64,000 bases of DNA from Eledone cirrhosa (taxonomy: Eukaryota). Both the position numbers and the translations under genes were made by a program. Below are positions 40,035 to 54,803 of this stretch, in pieces. Position 1 is the stretch's first letter. Every line of letters begins with the position of its first letter. A model generated the notes under the pieces. It saw only the letters and a program-made list of their open reading frames with translations. It searched no databases and had not been told where the DNA came from. The stretch covers positions 28,148,001-28,212,000 of the forward strand of contig OZ024749.1 in NCBI GenBank assembly GCA_964016885.1, written 5' to 3'.

Positions 40035-40452
40035 GACCCCTTAGCCATTGTCAAGGCAGAATTCTAGGAGAAGGAAAACTCTGATATAACACCTGCAACC
40101 CTGATGGTATCCCAATGATGTTGACTTGTTCTTCTTTTTGGTAAATATCATCTTGGTTAAGAGAGTGGGACTGGCTTTGTGCAGTGCCTTTGCTCACTAT
40201 AAAAGCTTCACGGCACAGGCATTGCTTTATATTTGGAGATCTCTCTGCACTTGTCGTCACATGGTACCATGGGCCCAGCACTATGTGTCAATAATTGTCA
40301 CAAGTGTAGTGTTTGTACGAGAGTTTTCAAGTCACTGGCTGGACTAAAAAGTCACACTTGTTCAGCGCATCGGTAGGGGTTCTCCTACATGGATATAAAG
40401 TAGTGGCCATACTCGAAAACGAGTTGGCAGCCACCATGTATGTATGTATGTA

Positions 40453-40500
<48 letters not shown>

Positions 40501-42146
40501 TGAATAATAACAATAATATAATATCATAATATTAACACCAAGTGTGTTTTCTAGTTGACCGACGTCATCCTTTTGTTCCAGTGATAGCTGAAAGAAAACA
40601 GTCGATAATTGTTTCAAAGTTTTTGCTCCTTATCGAGACTGTGTATTCTCGTCACTGTTACCCACATACTTATATAAACACACACAAATTTAATATTATA
40701 TTTCATTTAACAGGGGAATACCTATAACAACACATTTGAAATGGTAGATACACAGAAAGGAACACTTCAACTAATGAAGACATTGGACTATGACATTAGA
40801 TCTATTTATCAACTAAATATATCAACCATGGTAAGATAATACTTCCCCCCTTCTCTCTCTCTCTCTAACTGTTTCTATCCCCCACTCTTGCTATATATAT
40901 ATATATAGTTAGGAAGGGCATCCAGCTGTAGAAAACCCGCCAGACAGTCCTATGCGAGCAAGACAACCACTCTTGCCTCAAGTGGGAAAACTCCCCTCCA
41001 AACCCATGCAAGCGTGGAACATGGACGTTAAACGATGATGATGATGATGATGATGATATATTATCATCATCACTGTTTAACATCCATTTTTCCATGCTAG
41101 CATGGGTTAGACGAGTTGTCCTGCTGTGAGTCTAGTCAGGTCAGATGATTGTGTCATGTTCATACAGAACTGTTTCTGATTTAATCTCTATGACTGAATG
41201 CTCTTCCTAACACCAATCTCATTTACAGTGTGGAATGGCGCTTTAATATATATATATAACAAAGTGCAGGGCAATAAAGATAGACGGTAGCCACGGAGTA
41301 GGCAGACCCAGAAAAAACTGGGACGAGCTGATAAATTCCGACCTCACACACTTACACCTCTCCAAGACAATGTCACTGGACCAAGACCTTTGGCGGTACT
41401 CAGTAATAGAGAAGACCCGCCTTACCTAAATACAAAGTAAAACCTACTACAGTAAGTAGGCATCTCTAACAAAAATACACCCCCGTCCCACTACCCCCAC
41501 CCCATCCACACCACCCCTTTCAATGTAAAGTTATGTTGGTGCCACAACATCCAGGCCGAAACAAATGAGATCGTGTAGGTGTCACGACAAAAAAACACAC
41601 AGTCCACGCTGTAATGTGGCCGTGTAGGCAACACGGTAAAAACCTCCCAGCCCCACACTGTAAATGTGGTTGGTGTTAGGAAGGGCATCCAGCTGTAGAA
41701 AACCCGCCAGACAGTCCACGCTGTAATGTGGCCGTGTAGGCAACACGGTAAAAACCTCCCAGCCCCACACTGTAAATGTGGTTGGTGTTAGGAAGGGCAT
41801 CCAGCTGTAGAAAACCCGCCAGACAGTCCTATGCGAGCAATGACAACCACTCTTGCCTCAAGTGGGAAAACTCCCGTCCAAACCCATGCAAGCGTGGAAC
41901 ATGGACGTTAAACGATGATGATGATGATGATGATATTTATATATATACATATATATATATATATCTAGGGAGTGTAACGTGCAGTTACTGTAGGTTCACC
42001 CAGGTGCCATTACCACAGCAGAGGTCCGATTAGCTTTTAATTCCAGAATCGGGCCAGATCAATACAGAGCGAACCTTGAGCTGATCAATAGCGAAACACG
42101 TGTCACTACACAATAAACGTAATGAAGACCTAACAAATCGTCATTT

Positions 42147-42182
<36 letters not shown>

Positions 42183-45100
42183 CCATATGAGCATGACAAT
42201 CTCCTGACCTGACTTTTCTCATAATGTGACAACCCGTCTTACCCGTGCAAGCATGGAAAATGGATGTTAAAAGATGATGAGGATGATGATGATGATATCT
42301 TTGTCTATCTAGCTATCTACCTATCTGTCTGCCTATCTGTCTGACTCTATCTATTTGTCTGTTTATCAATCTGCCTATCAATCTATCTGTGTCTGTCTAT
42401 CTATCTGTATGTGTGTTTGTCTCTCTCTCTCACTCTCTTTCAGCATGGTGATGATGATGATGAGGAAGCTGAGGAAGAGAAAAATAATTTAGATGATATT
42501 GAATAATAAATAAATAAATAAATAATAATTGTCCCAGTTGAATGTTTTAATGAAAGTCTTCATCTTTTCTATGTCATAGAATGGTGAGAAGGAAGAATTT
42601 GTTTTATTAACCATAATTGTAAAAGACGAAGACACAAAGCCACCAGTTTTTGCATTTCTTCATTATTATGTCACAGTGGAAGAACAGGTTGGTAGTCAGT
42701 CTTCTTGATTTAAACTACTTACTGAATATTAACAGTTTTTTATACCAAACCTTTGTTAAGTTATGTTCCAAACACCAGCCTAACCTTTTTGATAATAAAC
42801 CACCTGAAACCACATCTGGTTTTATGATACAAAACTAGTTATTTGAAAGTGTTTATATTTAATTAGAAACTTCCTATCATAATTTTATGTACGAACCTTT
42901 GTTAAGTAATGTTCCAACCCAGCTGAAACCAACCCTGGTTCTATGATACAAAACTACTTATTTTAAAGTGTTCATAGTTATCTAAACATCTTCCATCATA
43001 ATTTTATCCAAGAACCTTTGTTAAGTTATGTTCCAAACCACCTGAAACCACATCTGGTTCTATGATACAAAACTGCTTATTTTAAAGTTTATATTTAACT
43101 AAAAACCTTTCATCATAGTTTAGTTATTTTCCAAACACCAGTTTGGTTTTGATCCCTGGACCAGATATTACATTGTGTCCTTGAGCAAGACACTTTATTT
43201 CATATTGGCTTAGTCCATACAGTTAAAAATGAATACAAACAGCCACTAGCCATCAAAAGTTCTTCTTTGGCACTTATTCCTGAGAGGGTTGTGGGAGAAG
43301 AGTCCTCAAACAGTCCTTCCAGCAGGTCCTGTCAGAAGCAACTGCCAGGGATCAGTGACTAATCTCTCAGAGGCTGAGGTCAAAGAACAATTAAAGAGCT
43401 CAAATGTGGCATGGCCACTGGGGAGGATGAAATTCAGCCCAAGACGTTAAAAAGCCTTAAATAGAGAAGGTATTCTCTGGCTGACCTGTGTGTGCCAGGT
43501 GGCCTGGATCTCTGAAAGGCAACCTAAGCAATGGCAATCAGGAGTGATAATTCTGTCAGAGGTTCACTTATTATCTATTAAAATTTATAACTCATTAACA
43601 TTCATTAAGATTAATTAAAATTAATGCTTCTATTTGCAGGCAATTAATTTGGTAAATACAACTTTAAAATCAAATCCACTGATATTGGCATATGATGGTG
43701 ATAGAAGTATTGATCAAATTATTAACTATAGAATGCATAAAGGTTTGTTGACATCCTTCAGATCAATAAAATATTGGGAAAATGCTCAATATTAAATTTG
43801 TTAACCAGAGGGTGACTTGTTTTCAATTTTCTCCCTCTCTTTCTCCCTCTCTTTCTCCCCCTCTCTCTCTCTCTCACTCTCTTTCCCATACACACAAACA
43901 CAAATATATGTGCACAAGCACATACACACACACTGATCAATAGAATATTTAGCAAAAATTCAACATTAAATTTATTAACCAGAGGGTGGTTTATTTTAGA
44001 TTCTCTCTCTCTCTCCCACTCCCTCACACACAAACATAAATACATTTGCACATACACATATGTACACACACACACAGATCAATAGAATATTTGGAAAAAC
44101 TCAACATTAAACTTGTTAACCAGAGGGTGACTTATTTTAAATTCTCTCTTCCTCTCTTGTTATCCTATACACAAACACAATTGCATGCAGACATGCACAT
44201 ATATACACACATGCACATACACACGCACAAATTCCCCCAAAGCATGAAAAAAAAAAAATTGGTTTTTCAAAAGAATATTTTACACTTACAGGTACCAAAA
44301 ATCCTGCTTCAAATGCATTTGATGTTGATATTAGAACTGGATCCATCATTCTTCGCCATGTACTGGACAGAGAAACCAAAGATTCTTACACTATCTACAT
44401 TGAGGTATCTTATCTCTTTCCTTACCGTATTTCTTATGAATTTTATAAATGGTGAACATACTTAAGAATTATGGGAGATTTAGCTGTGGCCCACATCAAA
44501 GGCCTTGATATCAACTGAAATATCTGTGTTTTTTATTATGGCAGGCCTACCAAATTGTTACCCCCAACACAAAGCCAACTATTGCTGTGGTCTACATCAT
44601 AGTCCTTGATATCAACTGAAATAATTGTACACATATAAAAATGAGAAAACTCATCGCTAGAACAGCTGTTAAAACAGCTAGATGCCACAGAAGACAAAGA
44701 CCAGCAGCCAATGGTCAACAGAGAGACAATCCACAAGGTGGGTGACAGGTAGAAATATAGAAAAGATTGAAAGAGGAGCAGGACAAGGAGAAGTGTGTTG
44801 GCACATAGAAGTGACAGTAAGAAGGAAATAAAGAAAGGTGATGCACAAGACAAGTTTACGCACATATCTTCACTCTTATCATCTCTCCAACCAGCAAAAT
44901 GGTTTCGCATAATTTAATTGAGAGTACCCTTTTAAAATGCTGGATCGTGCAACAGAAAAATGAATGTTTCTGCTGATATGATGTGTGTGTGATAAAACAA
45001 ACTGCACAGACAGAAGGATGAAAGGAAAAAAAAAATGGGATAGTGGACTTCAAGCTGTGGTGTCTATCCTAAATAGAAAGCTAATCATAGCTATGATAAA

Positions 45101-48100
45101 GTTAGATGAAAAATAAACTCTTGTTTCATCTTGATTAGTGACAACATTGTTTTTTCATGAAATAATTAGGTTTTTTTTTTGTCAGGCCTACCAAATTGAT
45201 TCCCCTCACACAAAGACAACCATTGCTATGGCCCACATCTCAGTGCTTGATATTAACTGAAATAATTGTTCTTTTTTTATGGCAGGCCTACCAAATTGAT
45301 GCCCCTCACACAAAGACAGCAATTGCTGTGGCCCATATCACAGTCCTTGATATTAATGACAACCTACCAAAGTTTGATTCCTGTTTTCAATCTGTAGAGG
45401 TTTTAGAAAATCTTCCAAAAGGACTTTTTGTCCACCAGTTCCATGCAACAGATGCTGATAAGGTAATACAGTGGATTTCTCATTCTGTGTTGGTCTTTTA
45501 CAGAGTTTTTTGGGGGTTGGAGAGGTGTTTTTTAAGAACTGAAATAAAAACTGAATGGGGGAACCCTGGCGGACGTCATCAAAGGATCAGATGCATTGGG
45601 ATTATTTCAAGTTTAGATAATTTTATTAAAGTAAGAAATAAGTAGTTTTACTAAAGATGTGCTGTAATTAATGTTGGAGTTGATTTAGTGAGGGATTGCT
45701 GGGGGTTGTAGTTGGTTTGGTGAGGGTATGGGTGGTGGTTGAGGTTATAGTTTGTTTGGTGAGAGTGTGGTGGAAGTTAATGTTGGGGTTGGTTTAGTGA
45801 GGGGTTGGTGGTGGTTAATGCTGGAGTTGGTTTAGTGAGAGTATGGTAATTGTTGGGGTATACTTGGTTACGTTCGGTTTAGTGAGAGTATGGTAGTGGT
45901 TAAGGCTACAGTTGATTTAGTGAAAGTATGGTGGTGGTTAGAGTTATAGTTGGTTAAATTTGGTTTAGCGAAAGTATGGTGGTTGTTGGTTTAATGAGGG
46001 GTTGGCTAAGGTAGGTTAAAGCCTTCTCTCTCTTTCATGAACATTCAGACTATTTGGGACTTTTAGAATTAATTTTTTGTCTCTGTTAGTCAAGAAAAGC
46101 AGTACCCTAACATGGCCATAGTCACGTGACTGAAACCAATAGATAAACAAACAAATAAAAGAATAAATAAATAACGGCATATTCTCACTTTGCATCTTTC
46201 AGCATCCTTTCAATGTGTTTCAATATCGATTAAAAGACAAATACAATGCATTCCAACTGAACAGTTCTACGGGAGAACTAACTGTGAAAAACTCCAATAT
46301 TTTGGACAGAGAAACCTACCCATTACTGTTTATAAGTGTAAGTAAATATTACTCAGTTATCACATGTTAATATCACACAGTTATCACATGTTAATATTAC
46401 TCAGTTATCACATTAATACTACGCAGTTATTGCTTGTTAATATTACTCAGTTGTTGCATGCTAATATTACTCAGTTATTGCATGTTAATATTACTCAGTT
46501 ATTGCATGTTAATATTACTCAGTTATTGCATGTTAATGTTATTCAGTTATCACATTAATATTACTCAGTTATTGCATGTTAATATTACTCAGTTATTGCA
46601 TATTAATATTACTCAGTTATCACATGCTAATTTTTTTCTTTTTCAGGTGTCTGCTGTTGAAAGAAGTGGTCAACAAAGTAAGAGTTGTCATCTGACAATA
46701 AAACTCATGGATGACAATGATAACTGGCCTATGTTTAGTCAACAAGCCTACCTTCTCTTTGTTAAAGAATTGAAGAATGGTACCTTCATTGGAACGGTAA
46801 GGCAGTTTTACATAGGTTTATATATAATAAAGTAACGGTCTATGGCCTTGTGGTAAGGTAGTTGGACTTATGACCATAATGTCATAGATTCGATTCCTAA
46901 ACTGGGTTGTGTGTAATGTTCTTGAGCAAAACACTTCATTTTATGTTGTTCCAGTATACTCAGCTGAAAACGAGTACCAGTAATATCTGGGTGTTTAACC
47001 CTGTGATGAACTGGCATCCTATCCAGAGTAAAGTCTTTTACTCTCAGTTGCTTCACACCACAGAAACTGGGATAAGTGCTGGCCTGATGAGCAGCTGGAC
47101 TCAAGACAGACTTAAGACTGCGATGGACTAGTGTCCCATCCAGAGGAGGAATCTTATACTTTCAGTCGCTTAATGTCACTGAAACCAGAATAACCACTGG
47201 CCTGATGTGTCTCCAAGCTCCAGACACACTTTAGACTTTTTTGTACTCAGGCTTGTCACTTGATTTGGGTCCTCGAGGGTTTCAGGAATTTAGAACATTC
47301 TGGATGGGCACTATTTTACAAGGAACTTATTTCAGGACGTTTTTTTAATGAAAGCTTATTTTTTATATTTGAGGGTGCACCATTGAAAAGTATGGGTAGG
47401 GGTTGGTGGTGGTGGTGGTGGTGGTGGGGTCTGTGCCATACAGTGCCCACTTCTCTTGCCCCATATTCGCAATGGACCTGCTAGCGCTTGTCCCACAATA
47501 AAAAGTGCATTCTGTAAAGTGGTGGGTGTCAGAAAGGATATCCGACCATAGAAAACTAACCAAACAGAGTTGATAAAACTGTTCAGTTGTGTCAAGAGCC
47601 TGACAACCACTCTAGTGCTAATGTCATAATAAAATGCACCCAGTACACCCTGTAAAATGGTAGGTGTTAGGAAAGGCACCAAGCAATAGAAAACTGACAA
47701 AACATAGGGGTGATAAAAAAAATCTTCAAGTATGTCAAGGACAAGACAACCTCCCTTGTGTTGATACCACGATAAAATGTACCCAATACTCTCTATAGTA
47801 TGTCAAGGACAAGACAACCTCCCTTGTGTTGATACCACGATAAAATGTACCCAATACTCTCTATAGTATGTCAAGGACAAGACAACCTCCCTTGTGTTGA
47901 TACCACGATAAAATGTACCCAATACTCTCTATAGTATGTCAAGGACAAGACAACCTCCCTTGTGTTGATACCACGATAAAATGTACCCAATACTCTCTAT
48001 AGTATGTCAAGGACAAGACAACCTCCCTTGTGTTGATACCACGATAAAATGTACCCAATACTCTCTATAGTATGTCAAGGACAAGACAACCTCCCTTGTG

Positions 48101-49092
48101 TTGATACCACGATAAAATGTACCCAATACTCTCTATAGTATGTCAAGGACAAGACAACCTCCCTTGTGTTGATACCACGATAAAATGTACCCAATACTCT
48201 CTATAGTATGTCAAGGACAAGACAACCTCCCTTGTGTTGATACCACGATAAAATGTACCCAATACTCTCTATAGTATGTCAAGGACAAGACAACCTCCCT
48301 TGTGTTGATACCACGATAAAATGTACCCAATACTCTCTATAGTATGTCAAGGACAAGACAACCTCCCTTGTGTTGATACCACGATAAAATGTACCCAATA
48401 CTCTCTATAGTATGTCAAGGACAAGACAACCTACCTTGTGTTGATACCACGATAAAATGCACCCAATACTCTCTATAGTATGTCAAGGACAAGACAACCT
48501 CCCTTGTGTTGATACCACGATAAAATGTACCCAATACTCTCTATAGTATGTCAAGGACAAGACAACCTCCCTTGTGTTGATACCACGATAAAATGTACCC
48601 AATACTCTCTATAGTATGTCAAGGACAAGACAACCTCCCTTGTGTTGATACCACGATAAAATGTACCCAATACTCTCTATAAAGTGTTAGAATATACAAT
48701 CTTAAATTTTGTTAAAAAAAACAAACAAACCCAAAACTTGTTTTATTTTAAAATATATTCCCTGGAGGTTGGGGCACATGACTATCCAAACATCTGATAA
48801 TGAGAAACTACTTCAGAAAGTTTTAATTAATTTAATCAAACTAATGATTTGCTCCTTCCTTCAAAGGTAAATGCTTCTGATCATGATCAAGGACTCAACG
48901 CACTCCTGAAATATGGATTAACAAACATCGTTGAATGGGGAAAACAACCAGCCCCTATTGATATTGATCAAAATACAGGGGTCATCACAGCAAACAGTTT
49001 TCTGATGCCTGCCACATCATACAGATTCTTCCTACAGGCCTGTGATTCACCCACAGAACTTTCTAGAAGGTTAGTGAAATAACTCCTCTCTC

Positions 49093-49135
<43 letters not shown>

Positions 49136-49335
49136 GGAAAGTTATATTTAAATTGTTGGGTTACAACGAGTAAATATTTATAACTGATATAAAAGCACTC
49201 AACAAGAATTTATAAAACTGTCTATATTGTATTTTGTCTGAAGAAGGCATAACATATTGTTAATATGATATCCCTGAAATATATATAATGAAATAAATAT
49301 GGTTTTATAAATATAGTTTCCATTTATTTAATATC

Positions 49336-49382
<47 letters not shown>

Positions 49383-51418
49383 CTAGTTTTTCTAAATATT
49401 TCTGAGAAAGACCTTGTCTGAAACATCAAGAATAACTTTTTTCACTTTTTCAGTGTCATACTAATAACTTGCTTTTTATTAAATTGGTACTTGGAACATA
49501 ACTTAACAAAGATTATTACAGAAAATTATGTTGGAATGTTTTTATCATTTTAAAATAAACAGTTTTAAAACAGTTTTATATGGAAACCAGGGTGGTTTCA
49601 GGCAGTTTAGAATAAAAAAAAGGTTAAGCTGGTGTTTGTAACATTATTTAGCAAAGGTTCTTACATAAAATGATGATGGAAGGTTTTTAGATAAATATAA
49701 ACACTTGAAAACAAAGTTTTGTATTACAGAATCAGAGGTGATTTCAGGGTGTTTTGGAATATAACTTAACAAAGGTTCTTACATAAAATTATGGCAGAAT
49801 GTTTTTAGATAAATATAAACACTTTAAAACATTGTATCATAGAACCAGTGGTAGTTTCAGACAGACAGTTTAGTATCAAAAGTGTTACTGTGATGGTATG
49901 TTTGTTAGTAAAGGATACATCTATTGTTGGCTTCTAAATCTTGTTCTGGCTTTGGTTATTCTTCACCATGTAGGCTCTGTAGTAAAGTTCCAGTGATGAT
50001 TGTTACCAAGAACACAACCAAACCAGAGAAGACCACCAGAGTTAGGTACATCTATATCAAGGAGAATACACCTAGTAATACCACTGTGGCTGACCTTAAG
50101 GATGACTTCAAGGTAACCCCCACTCTCTCTATCTCCTACTCTCTCTCAGGGTCTGGTGGACGAGTCAGTTTCTTTAGTCACTGACTACTCGACTGAATGA
50201 TGCCTGACCTGAATATTAAGGATTAATTATATATAAACACTAATAACATCATCATCATTTTATGTCTGTTATTTCATGCTTGCATGGGTTGGAGGGGTCC
50301 TTCTCAGTACAGCATCTCTCCACTGGTCGTGTTCCTTTGTCACCTCTTCCATGAGCATCAGCAATCTAAGATCAGCTTTCACCACATTCATCTAGGTCTT
50401 CCTTGGTCTTCCTCTACTGTGGCTCCCTTCAACTGGGATGATTTTCCACTCTTTATCCAGCAATCATCATCCATGTGCATCACATGTTCATACCAACACC
50501 CTCTCCTGCACATTACTTCAGATTCCTCTTATATCTAGGTCTTCCTCCTCTGTGGCTTCCTTTCACTGGGATTATTTGTCACTTCTTCACCCATCAATCT
50601 TCAACCATGTACATCACATGTCCATAAATCAAAATCCTGTATGATATGCAAGTTGTGTTTTAGCAGTATCAGCAGTACATCGGACAACATGCTTTATGGA
50701 ATATAGTTATAGCTCTTTACATTCTGAGTTCAAATCTTGCTGAGGTTGATAAAATAAAGCACCAGTAATGCACTGGGGTGGATTTAATCGACTTTCCCCA
50801 TTCCTGAAATTCTTGGCCGTATGCCTAAATCAGTAACCATTATTTTATGTATTTTTAAAATACAGGCCGGTGGATTGGCAGTATCGGTAGAGGGTCGGAC
50901 GCCATGCTTTCCAGCATAGTTACGTCCCTTTACGATCTGAGTTCAAATCCTGCCGAGGTTGACTTTGCCTTTCATCCTTACGGGGTCGATAAAATAAAAG
51001 TACCAGTAATGCACTGGGTAATTGCTGGCCTTGTGCCTAAAGTAGAAACAATTATTTTATGTATTTTTATTTCTTATATAAATGTCAGATTGTGGCCCAA
51101 AAGCTCAATTAACTCCCTGAATAGTTCAAGTAACTGTTGAGAGTTGTTATTGACCCTTTAAGGGATCCTTGATATAAACCATTCTGTTACTCTTTTATTT
51201 TAGGGTACCAGTTCTGGAATGATCTTTATACACCTGATGACTACACCAGTTCCAATCAAAATAATGAAATTGTAAGAAATTCTATTATTTATTCAAAGAA
51301 TCTTTTCATTGCTTTTATTTCTTCTTGAATAGTTTTGTATTTGGTTAAACACTTTTGTACCAAACTGTCGGAAAACTCCTTTACATCTTTGATAAAAACT
51401 GCTTATATTTAAGTGTTT

Positions 51419-51450
<32 letters not shown>

Positions 51451-51852
51451 TATCACTATTTAAAGTTCATTTTCCATGGGTTAAATAAGTTGTCCATGGG
51501 TTAAATAAGTTGTCCTTTGTGAAACTGTCCTACTGTCTTCACTCTTTATCTTAAGTCTATCTTCTCAGCTCTTTGTAAAAGTCTGAGAGATCAGCTACAT
51601 ATAATTCTATTTTATTTCATTTCAGTGGTGAAGTTGTTGTGAATGGGGAACTTGATTATGAAACTATACAACAATACAGATTATCAGTTTTAGCTTGTAC
51701 AGAAATGGTAAGTCTTGAAGATTTAGTACTTTAATCATCATCATCACCACCATAAATTTACTTAAAATTTATGGTGGTGATGATGAATTTTACCTGTGTC
51801 AGATATTTAAAAAAATCCTTACTTTCTTATATATATATATATATATATATAG

Positions 51853-51887
<35 letters not shown>

Positions 51888-52726
51888 CATATATGTATAT
51901 ATATATACATATATATATATATTTCTTATATATATCATCATCATCTTCGTTTAACGTCCATTTTCCACGCTAGCATGGGTTAGACGGGAGTTGTCCCACT
52001 TGAGGCAAGGTTGGTCGGGTGACCATGTCTCGCTCATATAGGACTATCTGGCAGTTTTTCTATGGCTGGATGCCCTTCCTAACACCAACCACATTTACAG
52101 TGTGGAACTGGGAACTTTTTACCGTGTTACCTACACAGCCACATTACAGCTGGACTGTGTTTTTTTTCTCATGACACCTACACAATCTCGATCTCGATCT
52201 CATTATCTCATTTATTTGGACTGGATGTTGTGGTACCAACTTTATAGAGAGAGGGTGGTGTTGGTGGGAGTGGGAGGATAGGGTAGGGGTAGTGGATTGG
52301 GGTGTATATTTAGTTAAGAGGTGCCTACTGACTGTAGGTTTCGCTTTGTACATAGGCAAGGCAAGTCTTCTGTATTACTGCGTAGCGCCAAAGATCTCAG
52401 TCCAGTGACATTGTCTTAGAGAGGTGCAAGTGTGTAAGGTCGGAATTTATCAGATCATCCCAGGTTTTTCTGGGTCTGCCTACTCCGTAACTACCATCAA
52501 TTTTGATCACCCTGCACTTTTTTATACAGCTGTCGTCTTTCATGCGCATCACATGGCCATACCAATGTAGTCTTCTCTCGAGTAAACAGCATCTGATCCT
52601 TCTTATTCCTAATTTCTCACTTAGTTCATTTATGCTTTGCCGTACACGTATATTACTATTACACATCCAACGGAACATGCGTGCGTCGTTCCTTTCCAGT
52701 CTACGTAGGTCCTCTGCACGTAATGC

Positions 52727-52762
<36 letters not shown>

Positions 52763-54759
52763 GCATTATATATATTGGGCATTATATATATATATATATA
52801 TATATTGCTCCAGTTTACTCAGCTGTAGAAATGAGATGATAGGGACTGAGGTCCATATCATTCCACTGCAAAGTGGTCGTGGAGGTGCCACGGCAAAAAA
52901 GCACCCAGCACTCACTGTAAATGAGGTTGGTGTTAGGAAGGGCATCCAACTGTAGAAATCAAGCCAGAATCAGTTCCCGTCCCACCCTTGCAAGCAGGGA
53001 AAAGCGGACGTAAAATGAAATGATGAAATGATGATGATATATAAGATCCTGTATATATATATACAGGATCTTCTGAAACTCAGAAGATCCTGTAAAAGGG
53101 TGAAAGCAGCAATTCTTTGATTAAACTTTAATCTGTACATATAATAAATATTTGCTCTACAGATTTTTTATATATCATCATCATCATCATCGTTTAACGT
53201 CCATCTTCCATGCTTGCATGGGTTTGGACGGGAGTTTTCCCACTTGAGGCAAGAGTGGTTGTCTTGCTTGCATAGGACTGTCTGGCGGGTTTTCTACGGC
53301 TGGATGCCCTTCCTAACACCAACCACGTTTACAGTGTGGACTGGGAGGTTTTTACCGTGTTACCTACACGGTCACATTACAGCGTGGACTGTGTGTTTTT
53401 TATATATATTATATATATAATCCTAATCGAGCCCTCTTCGGATTTTATCTCCATAGTTATTATTACTATATATATATATATATATATATAATAGAAAAAT
53501 AGAGGAAGTTTCATTTACATATGAAAAATATGCAAGAAATATTTTTCATATGTAAACGAAACTTCATTTTTTCTATTATATACACTCTGCCTGTGCATAG
53601 AGTGCTTGATTTGGTACCAACACCAGTATTTCACTGTACTACCTACACTATATATATATATATTCTTTGAAATTATTTCACCTTTCATTGTAGACTACAA
53701 TGAACATGACTTTATATATCCACATTAAAGACATCAATGACCACATTCCAATCTTCAACAAGTCTTTATATGTTTTTGAAGTTCTCCCTAAACTTGACAT
53801 AAACACCACCATTGGATATATTACTGTAAGTATGACCAATATTTATTGTTTCTCTTTGTATGTCCATATGTATGTATGTATATGTGTCTGTGTGTGTATG
53901 TACAGATGTATGTATATATGTAGGAGAAGGAAAACTCTGATATAACACCTGCAACCCTGATGGTATCCAATGATGTTGACTTGTTCTTCTTTTTGGTAAA
54001 TATCTTGGTTAAGAGAGTGGGACTGGCTTTGTGCAGTGCCTTTGCTCACTATAAAAGCTTCACGGCACAGGCATTGCTTTATATTTGGAGATCTCTCTGC
54101 ACTTGTCGTCACATGGTACAATGGGCCCAGCACTATGTGTCAATAATTGTCACACGTGTAGTGTTTGTACCAGAGTTTTCAAGTCGCTGGCAGGACTAAA
54201 AAGTCACACTTGTTCAGCGCATCGGTAGGGGTTCTCCTACATGGATATAAAGTAGTGGCCGTACTCGAAAACGAGTTGGCAGCCACCATGTATATATGTA
54301 GTGAAAGTGGAGTGCTTATAATCATCAGGTTGTGAGTTCGATTCTTGGACTGGGCTTTGCATTTTGTTCTTGAGCAAGACAATTTATTTCATGATGCTCC
54401 AGTTCATTCAGCTGTGAAAATGAGTTGGGACGTCACTGGTCCCAGACTGTATAGGCCATTGCCTTTCCATTGGATAACATCGGTGGCATGGAGACTGGTA
54501 TGCATGGGTGACTGCTGGTCTTCCACAAACAACTTAGCCAGGACTTGTGCTTCTGAGGGGAACTTTCTAGGTGCAAATCCCATGGTCATTTGTGATCGAA
54601 GGGAATCTTTACCTTTTTATGTATGTATGTAAATATATTATGTATGTGTATGTAGGTATGTATATCTCTGTCTGCCTGTCTGTATGTATGCATGTGTCTA
54701 TATCTATATGTGTGTATGTAGGTCTTCTTTCTGTCTGCCTGTGTCTGTTTCTGTGTCAT

Positions 54760-54803
<44 letters not shown>

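Noticed and set aside
47729-48680. CRISPR-like regular arrays (also 31862-32235, 60111-61575)
   Set aside because: Head-to-tail units with no unique spacers, no cas genes, eukaryotic context.
49396-49436. ctgagaa-agac-ctt-gtct-gaaac
   Set aside because: Core deviates from CUGANGA and stem III/NUH are absent; at best a dead relic.
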